Below are positions 1-8,373 of a stretch of 64,000 nucleotides of DNA, in pieces (position 1 is the stretch's first letter; the number at the start of each line of letters is the position of its first letter). The DNA lies in assembly GCA_041654875.1 (NCBI GenBank), contig JBAZCP010000005.1, positions 497-64,496 on the forward strand, in the 5' to 3' direction. A program made the translations under genes and the position numbers. Source of the stretch: Candidatus Cloacimonadales bacterium. Its GTDB lineage: Bacteria; Cloacimonadota; Cloacimonadia; Cloacimonadales; WRIO01. The notes below the pieces were generated by a model. That model did no database searches, had not been told where the DNA came from, and was given only the letters and a program-made list of their open reading frames with translations.

Positions 1-1329
1 ACGAAAGTTGAAAGTCAAGACACCACCAGAATTTATAGTATTAACCATTTGCTGAGGATTAGGATGCACATTATTAACAGTGTATAACTCTGTAAAGGTA
101 TGATTATCATCATAATTATGAATAATGTTTTTTATATATCGATTAATAATCACATACGAAATACCATTAGAGTGTCTTTCACCAACAAGTAAATTTTTGT
201 TCATCCATTCTGTACCCTCAGCTGCAGGAGCTCTTTCGTAGTTCATCACTTTAGATACCATAGTTTGAAAGTCGTTAATACTTGCAATTGACATTCTACC
301 AATGATAGCATCGCCAAATAAATCATTTGTACCGCCAGCAAGAAACGTATATGGATAATCGCTTATAGAATTATAAGTACTGCCATAAGACCAAGTAGGT
401 ATCTCAAATCCAGTTGTTGCACTTGCATCTCCTATAAGCATAATATACTCTGGTTTATCTTCCCAAGTATCATAAGCATTTTGAATATAGGCTTTTATAG
501 AGGTGGTAGTGGTACCAATTTGCGTTCCTGTTGCAACTTTTACATTAAAACCTTTTTGAGTTTTCCAATTTATGATTTTGTTTAATTCAGTAAGATAAAG
601 TGGTTGATCGTTTGTTGGATAGAGAATAAGCAAAGTAGGTCTTTGATATTGAGGATAAGGTGACCGAATTTGTTCATAGTTAGCAAACATAGCTTTGTAG
701 AGAGGTTCAAAAGCACGAGATATTTTGGTATTGATTTGATATTGGCTTCCACCTGCATTGTTACTATGCTCAAGTATTATCTTAATCTCCTTATTAACTT
801 CTAATTGCTTGTTTTTTGCATTATAGACAAATGGTTGGACATTAACATTTACAAAAGCGTAATCTCTCATCACAGATATGTCTGATATGGTTGTTATCTG
901 CTCTGGATACTGCGCGTTATCTTGATAAAACTTAGTATTATAAACAAAATTCTTCTGTTGTTCTTCTTCGCCTTCCTGAGTTGGATAGATTAAAATGTTT
1001 TCATAATACTCTTGTTTGCTTGCAGTTTCAGATATTAATTGAACATCGCTATTATTAGGAACAGCAATAGTAATGCCGAAAATTGGCAATTCTGGCAAAC
1101 CTTCCGCTATTGTCATTTCAATGCCGCTTAAACTTATTCTGGTAAATACTTCAGACTCTTTGTTAATAGTATCTAAGCTATAATCTGGTAAATTAAATCT
1201 TATTTCTGTTCTTTCATTTTGAGTATTTACGTCAAAAGCTTCAGATGCTAATACAAAGTTTTGTGCAAATAGATTGCATATAAGTGCCATTGTAATTAAT
1301 ACAGTCAATATTAGAATATACCGTTTCAT
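1..1329 (-). CDS. Peptidase C25 (gingipain-like) family protein, N-terminal part; the gene continues beyond the left window edge
   Basis: Absent from the ORF track because it has no in-window stop. The reverse-strand ATG is at 1329 and the frame stays open to position 1 (own translation). It begins MKRYILILTVLITMALICNLFAQ (signal peptide). Later it reads ...RPTLLILYP...EYIMLIGDASATTGFEIPTW...SDYPYTFLAGG...GDAIIGRMSI, the pattern I associate with the C25 propeptide and start of the catalytic domain. The listed ORF 582..773 is in another frame inside it. Confidence 0.6.
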   Translation of the reverse strand, partial: MKRYILILTVLITMALICNLFAQNFVLASEAFDVNTQNERTEIRFNLPDYSLDTINKESEVFTRISLSGIEMTIAEGLPELPIFGITIAVPNNSDVQLISETASKQEYYENILIYPTQEGEEEQQKNFVYNTKFYQDNAQYPEQITTISDISVMRDYAFVNVNVQPFVYNAKNKQLEVNKEIKIILEHSNNAGGSQYQINTKISRAFEPLYKAMFANYEQIRSPYPQYQRPTLLILYPTNDQPLYLTELNKIINWKTQKGFNVKVATGTQIGTTTTSIKAYIQNAYDTWEDKPEYIMLIGDASATTGFEIPTWSYGSTYNSISDYPYTFLAGGTNDLFGDAIIGRMSIASINDFQTMVSKVMNYERAPAAEGTEWMNKNLLVGERHSNGISYVIINRYIKNIIHNYDDNHTFTELYTVNNVHPNPQQMVNTINSGGVLTFNFR

Positions 1330-1531
1330 ATTTTCCCTTTGCTTTTTCTTATTATTTTTTCATCTATTAACATATTAAAGCAAGATAGATTCCAAACACG
1401 ATTTATTAAAATTCTATAATATATAATTTTACATATTATAAGTTATAGATAACAACAAACACCTAATAGACATATGAGCTTTAATAGAGCAAGGCTTTTC
1501 AATAAAACTTATGAAGAAACAATCATTATAC

Positions 1532-2314
1532 TTAGTAATGATTTATAACAAAAAACCAATTATTCGAGTCTTTTTTTATTATTCCGTGATCATAAGAGCC
1601 ATATATTTGTTTGACTTGTAAATTAGCCATTTGGCACAGTTGCTTCATTTCTTCAATCTCAACACGTCTCAAAGCTAAATGGTGCACAAACTTCTCTATC
1701 TGCCCTTTTTTTATTGACTCATCAGTATAATTGATTATATATTTATCTTTCCAATACTGTATTTTTTCATCATTGTCTATTCTATATGAGGTCAGCATAG
1801 TAATATTTGCTTTCAAAACTTCATGATAATGATGATAATATGGTATGTACTCAAGTTGCGACTCGGCAATTGCAATAAAAGGTGAGATATCGAGTAATAT
1901 TTGCCCATCATCTGACAAATGTTTTTTTAACCTTTGTAATGTCTTAACCTGGTCTTCAGTTGTTAAAAGATATTGAAATGTCGAATAGCTCATTATTATA
2001 TGATCATATCTTTTTGGAAGATCAATATCTCTCATATCGGAACGAACTATTTCAAGCTTAGGCTGTTCACCAAGCTTATCAATAAGCTTTTCCAAAAAGG
2101 CTGGTGCACTGTCAACCACAGTTACATAGTCTGCAACTACCAGAAGGTGCTGCGTAATTCGCCCTGTTCCACATCCTATTTCAAGTACAGAACCCCTCTT
2201 TTTTGCTATCATTGATTGGTAGAATTCGACATCGTGTTTTTGCTCATCACACATGATATCAAATTCCCAATCATATAGCTCGACGAACTCATTCCAATTA
2301 AAAGTATTGTTCAT
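1532..2314 (-). CDS. Class I SAM-dependent methyltransferase
   Basis: 260-aa ORF with SAM-binding motif I VLEIGCGTGRIT followed by VVDSAP. Confidence 0.75.
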   Translation of the reverse strand: MNNTFNWNEFVELYDWEFDIMCDEQKHDVEFYQSMIAKKRGSVLEIGCGTGRITQHLLVVADYVTVVDSAPAFLEKLIDKLGEQPKLEIVRSDMRDIDLPKRYDHIIMSYSTFQYLLTTEDQVKTLQRLKKHLSDDGQILLDISPFIAIAESQLEYIPYYHHYHEVLKANITMLTSYRIDNDEKIQYWKDKYIINYTDESIKKGQIEKFVHHLALRRVEIEEMKQLCQMANLQVKQIYGSYDHGIIKKDSNNWFFVINHY

Positions 2315-3363
2315 TAATAAGTAATATACTCACTCAAAAGCTGTAATGTTGCATACAAAGCTTCTTTGTGTGTTCTTTCGTATCCATGAGATGCAAACAC
2401 GCCAGGTCCTACTAATCCATGTTTTATATCATATCCTGCACTAAGTGTTGCTCCAACGTCTGATCCATATCGTGGATAAATATCTATAGCATGCGGTATT
2501 TTATTATTTTCTGCTATTTCTATCAATTTGCTGGTAAGTTCATAATTATAAGGTCCACCAGAATCTTTTGCACAAATAGATACTTGGTATTCATCACAAG
2601 ATAAATCATCGCCAAGAGCACCCATGTCTACAGAAATCATTTCGACTGTTTCATCGGGAATACCAGAAGCTCCGCCATGACCAACTTCTTCGTATGTTGT
2701 AAACACAATATACACTTTTCTGTTCAACTTTACACTATCTGTTTTAACCCACTCAGCTAAACTTATTAAAATGCCTGCACTTGCTTTATCATCAAGATGC
2801 CTGCTTTTTATAAAACCCGATTCAGTATATACGGTTCGTGGGTCAATTGATATAAAATCCCCGACTCTGATACCTAAGTCTTCTATATCTTTTTTTGTTT
2901 TTACTTTTTCATCTAATATTAGCTCTACTGTGGTGTCGTTTCTTGATGCTGTGGCAACATTATCATACACATGAACAGAAGGTGTGGTCAAATAAAAAGT
3001 ACCATTATATTCTTTACCGCAACGAGTATGAACAATACAGTTTTCATTTTCTATATTATTTTCTGGATACCCTCCAATTTTGGTAAATCTTATCGCTCCA
3101 TTTGATTTTATTGATCTAACCATTGCCCCCAATGTGTCAACATGTGCGGCTAATACCAGAGGCTTTCCTTCTCCACCTAAACATGCTATCACCGAGCCTT
3201 TATTACTCTGATAAGGTAAATAACCAATTTCTTTTAATCTTTCCATCAAATAAACACATGCTTTTTGAGTATAGCCAGTGGGACTTGGTATTTTGCATAA
3301 TTTTACTACCTCTTGAACACATTTTTCAAGATATTCTTCTTTACAAATCATATATTCCTCCAT
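2314..3363 (-). CDS. M42 family metallo-aminopeptidase (FrvX / glutamyl-aminopeptidase-like)
   Basis: 349 aa. Contains LAAHVDTLGAMV and ...YEEVGHGGA... metal-ligand motifs. Length is typical of the M42 family. Confidence 0.8.
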   Translation of the reverse strand: MEEYMICKEEYLEKCVQEVVKLCKIPSPTGYTQKACVYLMERLKEIGYLPYQSNKGSVIACLGGEGKPLVLAAHVDTLGAMVRSIKSNGAIRFTKIGGYPENNIENENCIVHTRCGKEYNGTFYLTTPSVHVYDNVATASRNDTTVELILDEKVKTKKDIEDLGIRVGDFISIDPRTVYTESGFIKSRHLDDKASAGILISLAEWVKTDSVKLNRKVYIVFTTYEEVGHGGASGIPDETVEMISVDMGALGDDLSCDEYQVSICAKDSGGPYNYELTSKLIEIAENNKIPHAIDIYPRYGSDVGATLSAGYDIKHGLVGPGVFASHGYERTHKEALYATLQLLSEYITY

Positions 3364-3367
3364 TTTT

Positions 3368-4303
3368 TTAATAAGTCAAGTTTGAGTAATCTTTAAAGTT
3401 ATCAGCACCTCTTGTAAACCTATTGGTAAAATCATAATTTAATATAAATAAATAGTTCGGATTTGAAGAGCAAGATAAAATGCAGTTTTCCTTATCATAC
3501 TCATAAGCACTAAAGCTATATTCCTCACCATTTTTCAGTGTCAAATCTAAATCCATGATTTTTCTTTTGGCATACTGCTTCATATTCTCTTCGGTGTTTT
3601 CATAAGTCGTAGTTGACTGAATATATTGCAACACATTTAGTATTTTATAAAGGGTTCTATTTGAGCTATAAACTAAAAAAGTCTCATCTTTACTTATATA
3701 CTCCCACTCTTTTTCTGTTCTTTTTAAATGATAATTGTTTCTTTGCGAACTTACCTTAAGCTCAAGTATATCTGTTGGTTTAAGTCTCACAATATATGGA
3801 TCTTTCCACATTTGAAGATTTGGATATAAAAATTCAGATAGGTTACTATCCAATTCATATACAGCATCTTCATTAATAAAACGCAAACTACTATAAGCAT
3901 AAAAACTGCTTATACCAAGATAAAAGTCAGCTATCAAATAGTCATTATCACCAAGCAGCCTTATATGAGTACCAGTATCATCTGTAATACGATATTCATA
4001 ATGCTTAAATGAGTCTTTTGTAAGCGGTTTTACTAAACGTTTAGACTGTAAAAGATTATCAATAAATAATAAAACACGATCTTCATTAGCTGGATAATTA
4101 ATACTTGTTACCATCCACTTATTATTTATCTTTTTCAATTGCACAGTATCTGCATCTGCAGAAATCTCTATTTGTTTGATTGCTGACATATCAAAAGAAA
4201 AAGCTGGAATACTCTTTTCAATAGGCTCATGAGCACTAAATACAATAAATAAAAGCAATAGTACTATAGCAATTACAATCATTATCAGTGTCTTTTTACT
4301 CAT
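3368..4303 (-). CDS. DUF4340-like membrane-anchored protein (last gene of the GldG-type ABC operon)
   Basis: 311 aa with an N-terminal TM helix. It overlaps the stop of the GldG-like gene. This is the position usually occupied by DUF4340 proteins. The call rests on context more than on motifs. Confidence 0.5.
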   Translation of the reverse strand: MSKKTLIMIVIAIVLLLLFIVFSAHEPIEKSIPAFSFDMSAIKQIEISADADTVQLKKINNKWMVTSINYPANEDRVLLFIDNLLQSKRLVKPLTKDSFKHYEYRITDDTGTHIRLLGDNDYLIADFYLGISSFYAYSSLRFINEDAVYELDSNLSEFLYPNLQMWKDPYIVRLKPTDILELKVSSQRNNYHLKRTEKEWEYISKDETFLVYSSNRTLYKILNVLQYIQSTTTYENTEENMKQYAKRKIMDLDLTLKNGEEYSFSAYEYDKENCILSCSSNPNYLFILNYDFTNRFTRGADNFKDYSNLTY

Positions 4304-5900
4304 CTATATACTCTTTTTTTATGTTTTTCTCTCTTTTTAGTCTTCTAAAATAAAAGCAAAGCAAAATAGCTGCTATTATACATACTGGCAAGATAAAATT
4401 CAATATCTTCACCCACAGACGGTGAGCTTCTGGCAGTTCTTTTAATGGAGAATATGTCAATGTATGAGCTCTCATACCTATCAAAGCCTCATTGCCGAGC
4501 AAGTAATCAACTGAGTTCAAAAGAAACTCTCTGTTTCCTTGTACCCCACTTAAAACATCATTCCTTACAAATGAGCTCGACGACACCATTAATATACATG
4601 CGTTTTCAGTGCTTTCTTTATAATCATCATGCCGCAAACCTTTATTTTGATAAAAGCTTCGCATAGGTCCTTTATAAATGGCTGAAATAACGAAAGGTCC
4701 TTTATTATATGAGGAAGCAATATTAATCTCTTTGAATTGAGTATAATCGGTCTCAATTTCTTTGCCCATCCGTTCATCACTTTCAATTGAAGACATTAAT
4801 AGTGGTGTGAAGGACAAAGTACTCTTTTCATTAAAGAATAACTCAGATACATACATACTTTGAACAAGCCCAAGATTTTGGGTGATGATATGGTTTTTAT
4901 TGTGGTTCTTTAAAATTGGGATAAAAGGGTAATCGAAAGATACAGGAACTAAATGCCCACCTTGATTTCTGGCTGCGGTTAACTGATAACAAAACGCATC
5001 TAAAATAAGATTTGGTTTTATATAGACATATTGGTCAAATAAATAGCTTATAACATTCGACTGTATTATTTCAGCATATTCTTCATTATTGTCTGCATTA
5101 TACCTGTCTTGAAACCATAAAACAGGCTTTCCTGTCATAATAAACTGATCTAATAAATACAGCTGAGCTTCATGCAAGGAGTCGCGTATCCCACTAATAA
5201 TCAGCATATCTGTTTCTTGTGGTAAAGGAAAGAATAAATCGGTTCGATCGACAAGGTAATTATAAGATAGCAAGCTTATTGCAGCTTGAAAGTCTTGATC
5301 AAGAGGCACCCTGCCATCTTCTCCCCTAATATTTTCTTGAATAGGAGTAAAATATGCTATTTTCTTTTTTTCTGGTCTAAGCAAACGACTCAGCGTGGTA
5401 GATAAAATATATTCCAAACCGTCATTTGATGTTATTACTGGTACCGTTTCTAAATATCCACGATATGACAAAGCCATTCCCAAGAACACATCGCGATACT
5501 CCATTTTATCTTTTTCCATAACTTGTACTGTGATCGATGGTATTTTGCTGTTGAGTGCATCTTGTTTGAATTTCTCGACATTGCTGGTACTTACGAACTC
5601 AAAGCTAATCTTACCTTTAGAGTTACTTTGGTACTCACTTAATAGGTCTTTAGTGTAGTTTTTAATATTTAATAATTCAGCTGGTAAATCTGGAGAAAAG
5701 AAAAGCTTAATGCGTATTGGTTCTGTAAGAGATCTAACCAGCTCGATAGTTTCTTTACTTAACGTATATGACTTATTCTTTGTTAAATCATATTTTTTAA
5801 ACACATAAATAGATATGATATTTATTAATATGATAATTATTATTGTCAATAATCTTTGAATGCTTTTTTCTGACTTTTTTATATTTGCCATACCTATCAA
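4296..5900 (-). CDS. GldG-like ABC-transporter auxiliary protein (ABC-type uncharacterised transport system)
   Basis: 534 aa with N- and C-terminal TM helices around a large periplasmic domain. It follows the ABC-2 permease and ATPase directly. Confidence 0.65.
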   Translation of the reverse strand: MIGMANIKKSEKSIQRLLTIIIIILINIISIYVFKKYDLTKNKSYTLSKETIELVRSLTEPIRIKLFFSPDLPAELLNIKNYTKDLLSEYQSNSKGKISFEFVSTSNVEKFKQDALNSKIPSITVQVMEKDKMEYRDVFLGMALSYRGYLETVPVITSNDGLEYILSTTLSRLLRPEKKKIAYFTPIQENIRGEDGRVPLDQDFQAAISLLSYNYLVDRTDLFFPLPQETDMLIISGIRDSLHEAQLYLLDQFIMTGKPVLWFQDRYNADNNEEYAEIIQSNVISYLFDQYVYIKPNLILDAFCYQLTAARNQGGHLVPVSFDYPFIPILKNHNKNHIITQNLGLVQSMYVSELFFNEKSTLSFTPLLMSSIESDERMGKEIETDYTQFKEINIASSYNKGPFVISAIYKGPMRSFYQNKGLRHDDYKESTENACILMVSSSSFVRNDVLSGVQGNREFLLNSVDYLLGNEALIGMRAHTLTYSPLKELPEAHRLWVKILNFILPVCIIAAILLCFYFRRLKREKNIKKEYIDE

Positions 5901-6610
5901 TTGCTCCTTCTATCTTTTAAATACTCTATTGAAAAGAAAAGAAATATATACACAAGACTGACAAAATAGACTATGACACGACTATCCAATACCCCTTTAC
6001 TAATATTTCCGTACTGCCAAGTTATACTAAAATACTGAAAAAATGATAGCAAACTACTTGGCACAAATATTAATGCGTATTCCATCAAAAAAAGCACTAA
6101 AGACAAGACAAAACTCAATATAAAAGCCGATATCTGATTTGCATTGATAGTCGAACAAAAAAGACCAATCGCTGCATATACTGAACCTATCAAAAATAAG
6201 CCCAAATATGCACAAAATATAACTCCATAATCAATGTTTTGACCCAATAATGCGATAGTTATGAAGTTTGGCAAAGTCAATAATAAGCTGATTAAGATAA
6301 TCAGAAGTGTAAACATATATTTACCTAAAACTATCTCTTTGATCTTAATAGGCATTGTCAAAAGTGTTTCTATAGTTCCAATGTTTCGTTCTTTTGCAAT
6401 CAGCCCCATCGATAAAACAGGTATATATACCAACCAAACAAGCTGAATACTATAAAAAAGCCCATTTAATGTTGCATTACCCGATGAGAATAAGGGCATA
6501 ATGAAAAACCACGTGTTAATTAGTGTAAAAACCAACAGAGTAATATAAGCTGTTGGACTTTTAAAAAAAGAAACAAATTCACGATAGGCTATTAATTTAA
6601 TCTGTTTCAT
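5897..6610 (-). CDS. ABC-2 family transporter permease (GldF-like)
   Basis: 237 aa, polytopic and hydrophobic. Translationally coupled to the ATPase upstream and the GldG-like gene downstream. Confidence 0.75.
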   Translation of the reverse strand: MKQIKLIAYREFVSFFKSPTAYITLLVFTLINTWFFIMPLFSSGNATLNGLFYSIQLVWLVYIPVLSMGLIAKERNIGTIETLLTMPIKIKEIVLGKYMFTLLIILISLLLTLPNFITIALLGQNIDYGVIFCAYLGLFLIGSVYAAIGLFCSTINANQISAFILSFVLSLVLFLMEYALIFVPSSLLSFFQYFSITWQYGNISKGVLDSRVIVYFVSLVYIFLFFSIEYLKDRRSN

Positions 6611-7569
6611 TGTTTTATCCCTTCTATTTCTCCGTTTAAAAGCTTGCCAATTGTTACGTTATGAAACACTTCCTCTAATGTCTTTTCTTCGTATTTAAGC
6701 CCCAAAATGGTGGCTTTAAGGCTGTTTAAATACTTAGACAGCTCAAATCTAATATCTTTTGTAGAAGTTGTCTCACATACTACTACAATACTTTTTTCCA
6801 TTTTTTCGAATCTTTTTACTGTTATAAATGGAAAATGAGTGATTAAATCGTCTTCGGTAATATCAACAAGAGTGAATTCTAAACTTATTGTTTGTCTTTT
6901 TTGTACACTTTTTAATAACTCTTCTTTTGGTGCATCTGCTGCTATGCTACCTTGATGAATAATTATTATGCGATCACAAATAGCTTGTACTTCTTGCAAG
7001 ATATGGCTTGAAAGAATTATTGTTTTATTTTTGCCAAGCTCTCTTATCAAACTCCTGATTTCTATTATTTGATTGGGATCCAAACCGTTTGTTGGCTCAT
7101 CAAGAATTAAAATTGGTGGGTCATGAATTATTGCTTGAGCAAGACCTACTCGTTGTTTAAACCCTTTTGAAAGTGTTGATATTTGCTGGTTAAGTCTCTC
7201 TTTAATACCACATTTGCCCGCTATCTCTTTTAATTTGGCATTAAACTCAGAGCCTTTTATACCCCTCACTTCACAAACAAATTTTAGATACTCAAAAACA
7301 GTCATTTCTGAGTAGAGTGGGTTTAGTTCGGGTAAATAGCCAATAAGTTTTTTGGTGTTTTCTGGTTCAATTTCAATATTTTGTTCATTTATATATACTC
7401 TTCCGCTGCTTGCTTTGTTGTAACCTGCTATAATTTTCAAGGTACTTGATTTACCAGCACCATTAGGTCCCAAAAAACCTGTAATCTCGCCTTGCTTAAT
7501 TACCAAGCTTATGTTCTTTACAGCCTTTATATCACCATATTCTTTTGATAACGACTCTATTCTTATCAT
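6607..7569 (-). CDS. ABC transporter ATP-binding protein (GldA-like)
   Basis: Walker A GPNGAGKS, signature LSKGFKQR, Walker B ILILDEPTNGLD. Confidence 0.9.
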   Translation of the reverse strand: MIRIESLSKEYGDIKAVKNISLVIKQGEITGFLGPNGAGKSSTLKIIAGYNKASSGRVYINEQNIEIEPENTKKLIGYLPELNPLYSEMTVFEYLKFVCEVRGIKGSEFNAKLKEIAGKCGIKERLNQQISTLSKGFKQRVGLAQAIIHDPPILILDEPTNGLDPNQIIEIRSLIRELGKNKTIILSSHILQEVQAICDRIIIIHQGSIAADAPKEELLKSVQKRQTISLEFTLVDITEDDLITHFPFITVKRFEKMEKSIVVVCETTSTKDIRFELSKYLNSLKATILGLKYEEKTLEEVFHNVTIGKLLNGEIEGIKQ

Positions 7570-8053
7570 AATTAATCCTCTTTTGTAATCTTTTTTACTT
7601 TACCATTTTTTGTCAAATGATATTTCTGAGAATATGTTTATACTAAAAAGAATATCTAAGCAAACAAAACAACTATAAATCAGTAATACCAAAGCAAATA
7701 AATATGATTTTTGAATAAATAATTCTGAATAATATTGTTCATTCTCATTATAAACTGAGAAAAGGAAATAACATTTCAATATTAATATAGTGATCAAAAA
7801 AAGTGATTAATGATTAATTAGAAATCTGGTTCTGCTTACAAATCGTAATTTTGCTCAAAACCCACAATACATGCTTATTATTAACAGTTTTAAAGAATAA
7901 ACTAAAAACTTTAACTAATATCATACTAATTAAAAAAATCTTATTATTGTATACTGCTCAAATTAATACATTACATGCATTAAATATTTTATAAACATTC
8001 TAAATTGTTACTGAATAATATTTGTAAAACTGCATCATACAAAATTAAGCAAT

Positions 8054-8139
8054 CAAAGCATCCCGTTACCATCCCGTTACCATCCCGTTACTTTGCCGTT
8101 CATTCTCCAAGATAGCAGGGGAGATCAAAGGGGATGCTT
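8054..8139. repeat. Copy 1 of a three-copy intergenic element: 3 x CATCCCGTTAC tandem 11-mers followed by a conserved palindromic core
   Basis: Exact 11-mers at 8058-8068, 8069-8079 and 8080-8090. The core at 8095-8136 aligns with 52545-52586 in reverse orientation. Flanking inverted repeat AAAGCATCCC (8054-8063) / GGGATGCTTT (8130-8139). Confidence 0.8.
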
Positions 8140-8314
8140 TAGGTATAATATCCTGTTAATTAGAGGTTTATATGAGGTTCTCTCCTAAATTAATAATCAC
8201 ATCAAAAATAATATAAAAACACAGTTCGATATTTAAAAAAAGAGTCAAATTCCTTAGCTTTTACACATATGAATATATTTATAGTTAACAATTATTTAAG
8301 TATGCTTGTAAATA

Positions 8315-8352
8315 CAAAAAAAGCCTTGCTGCATAGTTACACACAGCAAGGC
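8315..8352 (-). terminator. Rho-independent terminator downstream of the CoADR-fusion gene
   Basis: Stem GCCTTGCTG (8323-8331) / CAGCAAGGC (8344-8352). On the minus strand it is followed by TTTTTTTG. Confidence 0.75.
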
Positions 8353-8373
8353 GCAGTGTTTAGGAAGGATTGT

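Noticed and set aside
582-773. A 63-aa minus-strand ORF listed in the track.
   Set aside because: It lies in a different frame inside the longer open frame of the C25 peptidase gene that runs off the window edge.
7600-7797. A 65-aa ORF in the long intergenic region upstream of the ABC operon.
   Set aside because: It has no RBS, a low-complexity hydrophobic/aromatic composition typical of AT-rich non-coding DNA, and no recognisable motif.
7830-7920. A sigma54 promoter downstream of element copy 1, by analogy with copy 2.
   Set aside because: No TGGCA-N6-TTGC-like sequence with correct GG-N10-GC spacing is found on the minus strand between 7570 and 8050. The closest candidate, TGGGTTTTGAGCA, has the wrong spacing.
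8058-8090. The tandem 11-bp repeats (also at 38349-38381 and 52599-52620) as a possible CRISPR array.
   Set aside because: The units are directly adjacent with no spacers. They are only 11 bp long and occur 2-3 times. No cas genes are in the window.
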